Part shown: positions 53,554 through 63,395 of the stretch, piece after piece
Layout: each line of letters begins with the position of its first letter
Position numbering within the stretch: position 1 is the first letter of the stretch
Sequence record: NZ_CP010801.1
From: a plasmid
Strand: one strand, 5' to 3'
Length of the DNA: 64,000 bases
The notes under the pieces: model-generated
Told to the model about the DNA's origin: nothing
Database searches by the model: none
The model's input: the letters and a program-made list of their open reading frames with translations, nothing else
Made by a program: the position numbers and the translations under genes

Positions 53554-56040
53554 ATGCCCCAAAACACGACATCTGAACTGCTGCCGTGGCTGTTCCTCGC
53601 CGATAACGCCGCGCGCGTTGTCACGTGCAAGGATTCCTCCCTGCTGTCCGCGTGGGACATGACCGGCATTGACATCGAGTCCAACGAGGTCGATGCGCTG
53701 GAGAACGCCGGCCTGCAGCTGGACGGCGCGCTGCGCCGCGTGGCCGAGGACGGCGCTACGGTCTGGGCGATCGTTGAGCGCGAGCAGGCCACAACGTACC
53801 CATCGGCGAGCTTTGATGTTGACGTGGCGGCGTACATCGACCAGCGCTGGCAGGAGCACCTGACCTCGACAAACCTGTACATCAACCGCCATACCCTGGC
53901 TGTCTCGATGCCTACCCGTGGCAATGCGGTGACACTGGGAGAGGCCGCTCGAGCATCCCTCGATGCCGGCCGAAGCTTGCCGCTGGCGCTCATCGATGCG
54001 CTCAAGACCAAATTCAAGCGCGGGCAGGAACTAGGTTTCTCGAACCGCGCCGACCTGGAACTCGCCCTGCGCCGTTTCGAGTCGACCATCGTGCCGGCCA
54101 TCGACCATGCGCTGCCCGATCTTGGCATGCGCCGCTTGGCAGGCGCGGATCTGCTGGGCTTCCTCAAGGCGTCGTTGTCGGTCAATCCGCGCGCTCCGGT
54201 GGCAGCCCATCCCGACGAATACCTGGACTCCCAGCTGTCGGATTCCTTCATCGACAACCGGTTTGCCGACTATCTGGTGATGGACGGCGTCAAGCGCCAG
54301 TACGTCGGTGTGTTCACACTGAAGACCGTGCCGCCAGCGAATTCGATGCAGGTACTCAACCCGCTTCTGGCGCTGCCCATGCGGCTGCGCATTGCCGCGG
54401 CGTGGCGATCCTATTCCGTCGCCGAAGCAGTGTCGTTCCTCGATTCGGCACGCACCTTCGACGAGATGCGTGCAATGGAGCTACGCAAGCTCGTCCGCAT
54501 GGCAGCAGCCCCGCAGGATGCGATCGACGGCGACGATACGCCCAAGACTAGCATCGGCGCCCAAGCCAAGGCGCTCAAGGACGATGCCAAGCGGCGTGTC
54601 GGGCGGTTCGGGGCGCTGGCAGCGTCCATCGCGGTCTACGCGGACACGCCCGACGAGTTGGAGCTCCGCATGGATATTGTCTCGCGTACGCTCGAGGCGT
54701 CGGGCATCGTCTTCATCCGCGAGAGGGAAGGCGCGCTTGCGGGCCTTTGCGTGGGCGTGCCGGGCAACGTACGCGATCCGGTGCGTTGGCACTTCGGCGA
54801 GGCTTCGAACATGACCGACGTGTCGCCCATCATTTCCCTTTTTTCCGGCAGCCAACATCACCCATCGATCGACGAGGACGGACAGCCAACACCGCCTAAC
54901 GCTACGCTGCGCTCGCGCTACGCGACGGTGCAATACTTCAACTACCACGTGGGGCAACTTGGCCACACGCTGCTTGTCGGCCCGTCTCGCAATGGCAAGA
55001 CGATGTTCCAGATGTTCCTGGAGGCGCAGTTCCTCAAGTACCGCAACAGCCGGATCTTCAACATCGACAAGGATCTGTCTTGCAAGCCGCAGACCCTGCT
55101 GCTCGACGGTGTGCACATCGATCTGGACCCGGCGCGCGGCAACGGCTTGCGCATGAACCCCGTGAGCATGGCCACGACCGAACACGGCCGTTCATGGCTC
55201 GTTGGCTGGCTGGACCGACTGCTCGGCCTGCGTGGCGACCAGTTGAGCACCCAGGATGTCAATGACCTGCACTCCGCCCTGGAGCGTGTCGGTGGCGTGA
55301 GTGGCGCGCGGCTCTCGACACTCATGTCGCAGCTGCCCTCACACCTACGCGCGCGGCTGCACCCGTGGGTGGAAGGCGGCGCCTACGGCCAGTATTTCGA
55401 CCATGCTGAGGATGAGTTCTCGATCTCGCGCATTACCACTACCGAGGTCGGATCGCTCCTGGCAGCCGGTTTGAACGATGTGGTCTCGGCGTACTCGGAA
55501 TACGCCTTCTACAGGATCGAGCGCTTCCTGATGGACCGTGAGGAAGACGAGCTCGGCCCGACGATGATCTATTTCGAAGAGGCTGGCTTCCTCCTGGACG
55601 ATCCTCGTTTTGCGGCCAAGGCGCGCGACTACCTGATGACGTTGGCCAAGAAGCGCGCATTTCTTGTCATGACGGCCCAGTCGCCCGAAACCTTCCTGCA
55701 TCAGCCTCAGCTGGCTGCCTCGATCCGCGACAACGTCGCCACGATTATCTTCCTGCCGAACCGCCTGGCCATCCGCCCGGAGCTCAGCAGCAAGTACCGG
55801 GAGGCATTCGGTCTGAACAACACCCAGATCGAACTCATCGCCGGCGCCGCGCCGCGCCGCGAATACTGCGTCTTCCAGCCGCAGACCGGTTTCTTCCGAG
55901 TGATGCAGGCACAGTTTCCACCCGAAATCGTCAACTGCCTGCGCAGTGACGTGCAGTCGCAATCGGTGCTTGAACGCACTTATGACCCCGCTGACCCCGC
56001 CTGGAAAGAGCGCTATCTCTCGGCGCTGGCAAACACCTGA
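53554..56040 (+). CDS. trbE: VirB4-family T4SS ATPase (TrbE)
   Basis: 828 aa; Walker A (VGPSRNGKT) and Walker B. Confidence 0.9.
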   Translation: MPQNTTSELLPWLFLADNAARVVTCKDSSLLSAWDMTGIDIESNEVDALENAGLQLDGALRRVAEDGATVWAIVEREQATTYPSASFDVDVAAYIDQRWQEHLTSTNLYINRHTLAVSMPTRGNAVTLGEAARASLDAGRSLPLALIDALKTKFKRGQELGFSNRADLELALRRFESTIVPAIDHALPDLGMRRLAGADLLGFLKASLSVNPRAPVAAHPDEYLDSQLSDSFIDNRFADYLVMDGVKRQYVGVFTLKTVPPANSMQVLNPLLALPMRLRIAAAWRSYSVAEAVSFLDSARTFDEMRAMELRKLVRMAAAPQDAIDGDDTPKTSIGAQAKALKDDAKRRVGRFGALAASIAVYADTPDELELRMDIVSRTLEASGIVFIREREGALAGLCVGVPGNVRDPVRWHFGEASNMTDVSPIISLFSGSQHHPSIDEDGQPTPPNATLRSRYATVQYFNYHVGQLGHTLLVGPSRNGKTMFQMFLEAQFLKYRNSRIFNIDKDLSCKPQTLLLDGVHIDLDPARGNGLRMNPVSMATTEHGRSWLVGWLDRLLGLRGDQLSTQDVNDLHSALERVGGVSGARLSTLMSQLPSHLRARLHPWVEGGAYGQYFDHAEDEFSISRITTTEVGSLLAAGLNDVVSAYSEYAFYRIERFLMDREEDELGPTMIYFEEAGFLLDDPRFAAKARDYLMTLAKKRAFLVMTAQSPETFLHQPQLAASIRDNVATIIFLPNRLAIRPELSSKYREAFGLNNTQIELIAGAAPRREYCVFQPQTGFFRVMQAQFPPEIVNCLRSDVQSQSVLERTYDPADPAWKERYLSALANT

Positions 56041-56050
56041 GGAGTACATC

Positions 56051-56851
56051 ATGCGCATGCGTAAAGCCGCTATCGCCCTTATCTCGCTGTTCGCCGCGGT
56101 CTCGCTAAACGCGCGCGCAGGTAGTGTCGCCGGCACCGGCGGCTCTACAGAAATCACGCAGTTGCTGAACCATGTTGAGCTCATAACGCAGTCATCCAAC
56201 ACGCTCAACACGGTGCGCAATACGCTGCAGTCGGCGATGTCTCTGCAGCAAAGCCTCCAGCAGTTGGACCCGTCGACCCTGGCGAACCTCTCTGGGCTGC
56301 CGATGGATCAGCTGAACCAGATGATGGGGCTGTACAGCCAGGTCAACAATACCTTGCAGGCCTACCAGTATCTGCAGTCGCAGATGCAGAGCTTTAAAGA
56401 CGGTGTGCAATACACCGGCATGAGCCCGATGCAGTACCTGAAGACGCAGGCCTACGCTGCCCAGCGCTTGGGCGGGGCGTACCAGACCATTTACCAGGGC
56501 GAAATGAGCGCGTTGCAGAACGCAAACCAGCAGCAAACGGCGCTCCAGCAGTCGGTTGCCGCAATACCTGGCGTAACCGGTCAGGTCCAAGGACTGCAGC
56601 AGGTGCTCTCTCTTGGCGCGCAGCAACAAGCAACGAATCTGCAAGTCCTGCGTGAGATGCAGCTGGCCAACACCATGGCCTCGATGAAAGCCCAGAACGA
56701 CGCCAACGACATGCAGGCGAGGGCTACCGCCGCACAGACCAAATACCAAAACTTCGTTCAATCGCGACAAGCCGCAGCACAGCAATCTGCGCAGGATCTG
56801 CAATTGCCCGATCCGACCCAGATCAACCTCACCGGGGCAAACAAGCTGTGA
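56051..56851 (+). CDS. trbJ: VirB5-like TrbJ
   Basis: Signal peptide, Gln-rich coiled-coil protein in the trbJ position. Confidence 0.7.
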   Translation: MRMRKAAIALISLFAAVSLNARAGSVAGTGGSTEITQLLNHVELITQSSNTLNTVRNTLQSAMSLQQSLQQLDPSTLANLSGLPMDQLNQMMGLYSQVNNTLQAYQYLQSQMQSFKDGVQYTGMSPMQYLKTQAYAAQRLGGAYQTIYQGEMSALQNANQQQTALQQSVAAIPGVTGQVQGLQQVLSLGAQQQATNLQVLREMQLANTMASMKAQNDANDMQARATAAQTKYQNFVQSRQAAAQQSAQDLQLPDPTQINLTGANKL

Positions 56852-57147
56852 GAGGACCGGAAAAGGTCGCGGTCGGCTGGCTATGCCGTACGACGCATGA
56901 GGCAAAAGTGGTCCTGCGGGCGGCCCGCCAAGCCGCCATACAGATCGAGGCAGGCGGCAGCGAGGACCGCACGATCCGCTTCTATGAGAAGCGCGGAAAG
57001 CGGCGCAAGGAGTCATTGCGCCTCGCGCTCGCCTATTTGGCACTGCGCGAGCTTTACCTTCGACCGGCTTTTTGGCTGGTTGTGATTTTGGGAGCGATCA
57101 CGCTGTACGGCGTCGCGATCGCTTTCGGTCTGCGTCACCTGTTTTGA
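56848..57147 (+). CDS. Small protein in the trbK position (possible entry-exclusion function) with a C-terminal TM
   Basis: 99 aa, overlaps the trbJ stop by 4 nt; no lipoprotein signal. Confidence 0.4.
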   Translation: MRGPEKVAVGWLCRTTHEAKVVLRAARQAAIQIEAGGSEDRTIRFYEKRGKRRKESLRLALAYLALRELYLRPAFWLVVILGAITLYGVAIAFGLRHLF

Positions 57148-57156
57148 GGGATTCGA

Positions 57157-58770
57157 ATGTCTGCGATTGCAAACTGGAGTAGTTTGGCGACGCTACTGTC
57201 CGGAGTGTTCGATCAGGCCAGCAGCATGTCAACGACGCTCGTTGGCCTGGGCAAAACCATGCTGGCGATCGCCTTCCTGCTGCCGCTGCTATCGGCGCTT
57301 CTGGCCTTCTGGGTCAAAGGTGGCGCGCAAGACTTTCTGGCATCCACGATTCGCCTCCTGCTGGTTGCGTCGATTCCCCTGGCGGCATTGGCTAGTTGGC
57401 AATCTACAGCCTCGACCCTATCGAATTTCTTCCAGCAGGAAATCCCGAGTGCGCTCGGCTACGGCGGTGGAACCGACGTCGTGAAAACGGCGGTCGCGAG
57501 CTTGTTAAATGCCGCGAACAGCGTCGGATCGTCTACCGACAGCGGAACAGGCACGTCCGACGCGACCACTGCGACTACAAACGCCGATCCGATCTTCGCC
57601 GGCGACCCGCTGATTACGTTGCCCGCCAACGATGGCAACGCCCAAACGCCGCCTAAGACGGCGCCGAGCGCGGCGTCATCCATCTTTGACCTGGGCGGGT
57701 TGTTGACCAACCTGTTCTTGCGAGCGCTGAGCATCTTCCTGATTGACTTGCCGGCTCTCATCCTGTCACTGGCCGCCATGCTCACGATCTATGGGACGCT
57801 GCTGATGATGTCCATTGGCATCATCTTCGGGCCGATTCTGATTGCCTGGCTGCCGTGGGAGCCACTGTCCTCACTGGCAACCAACTGGCTCAAATACATG
57901 CTCTCCGCCGGGATGGGCTTCGCCGTGGCGATTGTGTTCCTGAAGCTGAGCAACAACATGATTGCTGGACTCGCCAGCAACATGCAGAGCCTGCACAGCA
58001 TGCAGGGCGCCACGTTGGCAGGCGCCATCCAGCAGATGTTTGTCACCGGCCTCGGCCTTCTCTTCCTCGCTTTCATGGTGTTCAAGGCTGAACATCTCGG
58101 CGCGGCGCTGATTGGCGGGCCGCATATCGGTGGTGGCGGCTTCCTCGCCGGCGCGGCAATGGGCGGAGCCCTGCGTGCAATGCGCGGCGGTGGAAAGAAA
58201 AACAATGGTGACAAGGAAGGCGGAAGCAATCAGTCCGCAGGTGGAGCTCCCGGTGGCGGCAGCGGTGGATCTGGCGGCGGGGGAGCGGCCGGCGCAGGTG
58301 GCGCAGCCTCGAGCAGTTCGGCGAACCTGTCGAATCAGGCAGGCGCGGTCTCGGCCACGAATGTTTCAGGAGCCGCCGGCGCAGCCGTCGCAGCTGGCGG
58401 GGCAATGGCTGGCAACACTGCCGCAGGCGCAGCGGGGGCTGGCAGTTTTGGTAGCACGGCAAAGGCTGTCGGGGGGGCGGCCGCCAAGGATGGCAGCAAG
58501 GCACTCGGCAAAGCGGCCGTTAAAACCGCACTCGCCGCGGCAGCCATCGCTGGCGGGCCGGCAACCGCCGCCGCAGTCGTTGGTGGCGCGGTTTCAATGA
58601 AGGCCGGGCGAAAGTACCTGAAGAACGTGCATACGCGCCTACAGCAGGGAGGGGCAGCACCGTCAGCCACTCAGTCCGGTTCGGCCGCTGCGCCTGTCAG
58701 CCTCCCCAAGACCGGCCAGGGTGCAAAGGTCAACCAACCGGCTGCGAACGACGGCGAGGCCAATTCGTGA
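57157..58770 (+). CDS. trbL: VirB6-like TrbL with a Gly/Ala/Ser-rich C-terminal low-complexity tail
   Basis: Multi-TM N-terminal 330 aa followed by ~200 aa of G/A/S repeats. Confidence 0.8.
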   Translation: MSAIANWSSLATLLSGVFDQASSMSTTLVGLGKTMLAIAFLLPLLSALLAFWVKGGAQDFLASTIRLLLVASIPLAALASWQSTASTLSNFFQQEIPSALGYGGGTDVVKTAVASLLNAANSVGSSTDSGTGTSDATTATTNADPIFAGDPLITLPANDGNAQTPPKTAPSAASSIFDLGGLLTNLFLRALSIFLIDLPALILSLAAMLTIYGTLLMMSIGIIFGPILIAWLPWEPLSSLATNWLKYMLSAGMGFAVAIVFLKLSNNMIAGLASNMQSLHSMQGATLAGAIQQMFVTGLGLLFLAFMVFKAEHLGAALIGGPHIGGGGFLAGAAMGGALRAMRGGGKKNNGDKEGGSNQSAGGAPGGGSGGSGGGGAAGAGGAASSSSANLSNQAGAVSATNVSGAAGAAVAAGGAMAGNTAAGAAGAGSFGSTAKAVGGAAAKDGSKALGKAAVKTALAAAAIAGGPATAAAVVGGAVSMKAGRKYLKNVHTRLQQGGAAPSATQSGSAAAPVSLPKTGQGAKVNQPAANDGEANS

Positions 58771-58802
58771 TGGCGCGCGCGCAGGGCGTCGCTGTCAAGC
58801 GA

Positions 58803-59294
58803 TTAAGTGCGGCGGTCGGCCATCAGGTGCGCGCCAGCGCTCGACACTTTCTCGGCGGCACGCAGGATGTAGTAGCTGACAACGGCAAGCAGGAACATGC
58901 CGAACACGCCCATGACAAAAATCGACTGGACCATCTCGCTCAGTGTGTTCGGCTTGGGTGCATGGCGCGCAAGGCCGATGTAGCCGCACACGATGGCCAA
59001 CCCCGCAAGCATGATGAGGCGTCGCACCAGACTGCCCGCGCGCGTCTGCATAGGGGTCGCGAAAGACGCCATGACCAGGAACATGGTCGCACCCGTGAAA
59101 AGGGCGCCCACGACCAACCACGGCGAGTGCTTTTCATTGGCCAGAAAGAGGTCGGCGAGCGGGCCGACGGTCAGGGCCAGCGGCAAGGCGCACGCAAGTG
59201 CAAAGCCGCCCGCATCGGAGAGCGCGGTGCCGATGGTTTCCAGAAATTCCCGGTGCAACAAGGCTCGCATGCGATGTTGGCTCGGATGGTTCAT
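58803..59294 (-). CDS. Antisense-oriented hypothetical membrane protein between trbL and trbF
   Basis: 163 aa, 4-5 hydrophobic segments; fills the 687-bp trbL-trbF gap on the opposite strand. Confidence 0.45.
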   Translation of the reverse strand: MNHPSQHRMRALLHREFLETIGTALSDAGGFALACALPLALTVGPLADLFLANEKHSPWLVVGALFTGATMFLVMASFATPMQTRAGSLVRRLIMLAGLAIVCGYIGLARHAPKPNTLSEMVQSIFVMGVFGMFLLAVVSYYILRAAEKVSSAGAHLMADRRT

Positions 59295-59455
59295 GGCTCA
59301 GTTTCCTTTCGTTATGTAGCAACCATGTTGATCTACGATGTGTTGCGCGAGTTAATACTAGCACACCGTCCTAAGATGGTTGTCATCGCTCGGCGAGCGA
59401 CCCGACGCCGTTGCGAGCGCGCCGCACCGATTCTTTGAGACTTGAGGAGTTATCT

Positions 59456-60250
59456 ATGCGTGTTTTTTTTGGCAACAAGAAGACGAAGGCGTCGCCTGGC
59501 AACAATGCCGGCCGTAATGCAGGCAACGTCGTCGACATTGAGCCCGTATTGTCGCGGAAAGAAGCCGAAGCGAAGCCCGCTCTCGGCGATCTCTCGCCGA
59601 TGTCCTCTGTGGCAAGAGCAGAGTTCGACATGAGGGAAACGCTCCTGGGCGTTAATCGCCGACTGCAGCGCGCAGTCATCCTGTCCTGCGGCGCTGCGCT
59701 TACCGCGTCTGCCGCACTCATGTTGGCCATGCCTCTGAAGAAGGTGGTTCCATACGTCGTCAACGTAAACACTACGACGGGCGAGGTAACGGCACCGCGG
59801 CAGCAGATGTCGGAGCATTTCGAGCCCGCCTGGGCCAATGAGTCGTTCTTCGTGCGGCGCTGGATCGAAGACATGCTGACCATCAACCAGCACACGACGG
59901 TCAACATCAATGCACCGCGCGCTCAGGAATTCCTACGCGGATCTACTGCAATTGCCGAGTACCAAAACTTCCGCGCCAGCGACCACACGTTCGAGCGGAT
60001 GGCTGCGGACACCAATATGGTGCGTACCATCAAGATCGAAAACTTTACGCCCATTGCCGGTACGAAGAATGGCGCGGTAGCCAATGTGACGCTGACGACG
60101 ATCGCTGGCGGCATGACTAAATCCAGCAACATCCTCTTGACCGTCTACTGGGTCATCCTTCCGCCGCAAGGGCCGGAGGACATCGATCGCAATCCGATCG
60201 GCTTGTACATCACGGATTTCAAGGTTTCCGGTAATACCAGTGGCGGTTGA
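59456..60250 (+). CDS. trbF: VirB8-like TrbF
   Basis: GAGGAG RBS, N-terminal TM, VirB8-like C-terminus. Confidence 0.75.
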   Translation: MRVFFGNKKTKASPGNNAGRNAGNVVDIEPVLSRKEAEAKPALGDLSPMSSVARAEFDMRETLLGVNRRLQRAVILSCGAALTASAALMLAMPLKKVVPYVVNVNTTTGEVTAPRQQMSEHFEPAWANESFFVRRWIEDMLTINQHTTVNINAPRAQEFLRGSTAIAEYQNFRASDHTFERMAADTNMVRTIKIENFTPIAGTKNGAVANVTLTTIAGGMTKSSNILLTVYWVILPPQGPEDIDRNPIGLYITDFKVSGNTSGG

Positions 60251-60273
60251 TTTTTTCTACGAGAAATCATAGG

Positions 60274-61227
60274 ATGCGCAACACAACAGAAAACACCCAA
60301 AGCGAGCCGCTCGCCATGGCATCAGATTCCCTTCTTCGATTTGCCCGCTGTGCGGTAGGTACGCTGATGATCTCGGCATGCCTGCCCGCTATGGCCGTGC
60401 CGCCAGAGCACTTGTTTGGCTCACCGGACGTCAATACGGTCACTGTGCCGACTGATGGCTCGATAGCCACCGTGAATCAAGTGCCCGAAGCTGTACGCAA
60501 GGCCCAACAGATGGTTGCCAGCGTTACGGCGCAACAGGCCGGCGGCGCGAAGGTGGTCACATTGCCGTTCCACGCTCAGGAGACGTTCGCGATCCCGATC
60601 CGCCCTGGGATGTTCACGACGATCTCTTTCCCGAAGGACGAGCCGGTCCAGCAGATTGCCGTCAGCACTCCTGCAGCCGTACAGCTGCAAGTGAACGCCA
60701 CCGCAAACATCGCGATGCTGAAGTTGGTGCAACCGATGGTCGTGACCGCAACAGCAGTGACCAGCAAGCACATCTACTACCTGCGCATCGAGCCAGCACA
60801 AGGCGAGTGGTATCAGGGCGTCAGCTGGGCGTTCGACAACGAGCAGTTCGGTGCGAGCTCTATGGGCGGGGGGTTGTATGTAGCGCCGTCGGCGGCGGCC
60901 AACACCCCAGCAGCGAGCACCGACACCGGCGCATCAGATTTGGGTGGCCTCTACAACGGCGCTCCCAATTTCAACTACCGCATCGCTGGCGACGCGGCAT
61001 TCAAGCCCACAGCAGTATGGGACAACGGCCGCTTTACCTGGGTGCAGTTCGCCAACAACATTCAAGAGTTGCCGGCTCTGTTTGCGGATGGCCCCAACGG
61101 GCTTGAAATCGTGAACTACACCGTGCACAACCATGGCTCGCAAATCCTGGTCAACCGACTGATGGACAAGTTCGTCCTCAAGCTTGGCAAGGTCGAGACT
61201 ACGGTAACGGCCCAGGGAGCGCGCTGA
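60274..61227 (+). CDS. trbG: VirB9-like TrbG
   Basis: Signal peptide, VirB9/CagX-like. Confidence 0.8.
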   Translation: MRNTTENTQSEPLAMASDSLLRFARCAVGTLMISACLPAMAVPPEHLFGSPDVNTVTVPTDGSIATVNQVPEAVRKAQQMVASVTAQQAGGAKVVTLPFHAQETFAIPIRPGMFTTISFPKDEPVQQIAVSTPAAVQLQVNATANIAMLKLVQPMVVTATAVTSKHIYYLRIEPAQGEWYQGVSWAFDNEQFGASSMGGGLYVAPSAAANTPAASTDTGASDLGGLYNGAPNFNYRIAGDAAFKPTAVWDNGRFTWVQFANNIQELPALFADGPNGLEIVNYTVHNHGSQILVNRLMDKFVLKLGKVETTVTAQGAR

Positions 61228-62579
61228 TGGCCGAATTGGCGCGTCCGAAGCTGTCACGCAATCTGGCCATGATTGTCGGGCTGTCCATGATCGCTCTCTT
61301 CGCGGTCATCCTCCTAGTGGCCAAGGGATCCGATTTTGGCCAGAGTGCCGTCGATGCGAAGCGGGCCGCCCAGCAGCAACAGGACGAGGCGAAAAAGCTC
61401 CAGACGAAGATCGAGAATCCGAACGAAGCAACGCTGGCGGAATACACGCGCGCAAAAGCTGCCATCGCGAACGCAGCCTCAACGCCCGCAGCTGTCGACC
61501 CTGGCAATGCAGCATCGTCTCCCAACGTTCCGGCTGGCATGCCGAGCGTACCGCCTGTGTCGCAATACGATTTGGAGCGCCTCGAGCGTGCGCAGAAGGC
61601 CATTGAAGCAGGCCGCAACAAACACGACTCCGACGGCGGGGTCGATACAGGCAGCAACGCCGCCGGCGATCATCAATCCGCCAAGCCGAGTTTCGTTATG
61701 TACCAGGCCGGGTCGGGCAAGGAACAGCAGGTGCAAAGCGGCGCGAACCCGCTCAACGCAGGAGACTCGGGCAACAAGGGGGAGCGTTTCAACCAAGCAT
61801 TCGCACAACAGGACCCCAACTACGATCCACGACTGATCGCTGAAAAGCAGCGGCTTGCGCAATACGCGCAGGCGCAAGGCTCCGGTGACGCAAGCAAGTC
61901 TGCGGCTGCGGGCCTCGATGCGAACAGCAAGTGGTTGTTCGCAACGCAAAGCGCCGAGGTCAAGCCAGCTGCCGCCATCATCGCTCAGCAGGCCAAGGGG
62001 CTTTACTGGCTGGCGCCGGGCACGGCAATCAGCGCGGTGCTGCTCAATGCGGTCGACACGAAGCTGCCAGGTCAACTCGTGGCGCGCGTTACGCAAAACA
62101 TATACGACTCGCGCTACGGCCGGTATCTGGTGATTCCCGCTGGGTCGACGCTGCAGGGCAAGTACAACTCCTCAGTCCAAGAGGGGCAGGACCGGGTACT
62201 CATGGTGTTCGACACGCTCGTTACGCCCGCCGGTGGAATGGTGCCGCTGGGAAATATGAGTGCCGCGGATGCCCTTGGGCGTGCCGGCCTCGAAGGCGAC
62301 CTGCACACGCACTTTTTTGAGCGTATGGGCATCGCGACGCTACTCGCACTCGAAGCCGTGGGCATGGACAAGATCTCGCCAAATCAGAGCTCGACGAGCT
62401 TCGGCGGCACCACCACTTCGCCCGCAGTGAATGGCGCGCAGATCATCACGAACACTGCCAATCAGGAATTGCAGCATCGCTATAACGTCGCCCCCAACAT
62501 CACGATGCCCGAGGGCGCCAAGATGACCATCATCACGACGGGTGCCATTGAGGTTCCCCCTATCGCCAATACAAGGTAA
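61227..62579 (+). CDS. trbI: VirB10-like TrbI
   Basis: N-terminal TM, Pro/Ala-rich linker, conserved VirB10 C-terminal domain; ATGA overlap with trbG. Confidence 0.8.
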   Translation: MAELARPKLSRNLAMIVGLSMIALFAVILLVAKGSDFGQSAVDAKRAAQQQQDEAKKLQTKIENPNEATLAEYTRAKAAIANAASTPAAVDPGNAASSPNVPAGMPSVPPVSQYDLERLERAQKAIEAGRNKHDSDGGVDTGSNAAGDHQSAKPSFVMYQAGSGKEQQVQSGANPLNAGDSGNKGERFNQAFAQQDPNYDPRLIAEKQRLAQYAQAQGSGDASKSAAAGLDANSKWLFATQSAEVKPAAAIIAQQAKGLYWLAPGTAISAVLLNAVDTKLPGQLVARVTQNIYDSRYGRYLVIPAGSTLQGKYNSSVQEGQDRVLMVFDTLVTPAGGMVPLGNMSAADALGRAGLEGDLHTHFFERMGIATLLALEAVGMDKISPNQSSTSFGGTTTSPAVNGAQIITNTANQELQHRYNVAPNITMPEGAKMTIITTGAIEVPPIANTR

Positions 62580-62582
62580 GCC

Positions 62583-63395
62583 ATGCAACGTTTTTCGCGT
62601 CTTGCCATTGCCGCCACCTGCACGCTGCTCACGCTCGCGGGATGTGCGACCAATCCTGCGTCTGGCAATCCTGAAGTTCAGGATCGCCCGGCGGCAACCT
62701 CCGTCGATGTGGGGGTGGACTGGGCATGGAGCATCGCTGGCGATGCCGCCGTGCGCCCGCTGCAAGTCTTCAGTCTGCAGGGAAAGACCTATTTGCAGAT
62801 GCGCCCGGGGCAGATGCTGCCGGCGATCTTAGCTGAAGGCCAACCGCTGCCATTCACCATCAACGCGCCTTATATCGTGGTGCAGCAGACTCCCGAACAC
62901 ATGGACATCGTAGCCAACGGCTATCGCGCCGTTGTCGTCCACGCAAAGCAGCGCCAGACCATCCGGCAGGGCCCGGTCATGCCCGATCCGAAGGCGTCGC
63001 GTGTGCAGCGCGTGAGTGTTGAGGATGCAGGGAAAGACGAGACGCCGATAGCACACTCCGTCACGCCTTTGTTCGAAGCGCCTGCGCAGAGCACCGCCGA
63101 CAGCGATCTCGCGCCAATGGAACGAGACAAGAGTTGGCCGGTCGAGGCATCCAAAGCAAAGCTGTCTCGTGTCATCGCTGCGTGGGGCAAGCGTTCCCAC
63201 GTGGCCGTGCGCTGGAACTCGCGTGCGGACGTGCCGGTTCGGGCATCGGGCGAATTCAGGGCAAGCAATGTGTATGTAGCGGTCGCCAAGGCGCTCCGGG
63301 CCGCAAGCGCCAAGGGATGGACCTTCGCAATGAGCGTCGAATCGGACGGCTCGATTGTGGTCAATGGATACCAACAGGGGAGTGATGCGGCATGA
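62583..63395 (+). CDS. Lipoprotein (LAGC lipobox), possible TrbH-like T4SS component
   Basis: MQRFSRLAIAATCTLLTLAGCA lipoprotein signal; position after trbI. Confidence 0.5.
   Translation: MQRFSRLAIAATCTLLTLAGCATNPASGNPEVQDRPAATSVDVGVDWAWSIAGDAAVRPLQVFSLQGKTYLQMRPGQMLPAILAEGQPLPFTINAPYIVVQQTPEHMDIVANGYRAVVVHAKQRQTIRQGPVMPDPKASRVQRVSVEDAGKDETPIAHSVTPLFEAPAQSTADSDLAPMERDKSWPVEASKAKLSRVIAAWGKRSHVAVRWNSRADVPVRASGEFRASNVYVAVAKALRAASAKGWTFAMSVESDGSIVVNGYQQGSDAA

Noticed and set aside
57789-58670. ORFs on both strands inside the trbL 3' half
   Set aside because: They arise from the Gly/Ala-rich (GGC/GCC-rich) low-complexity tail of trbL and read open in several frames.
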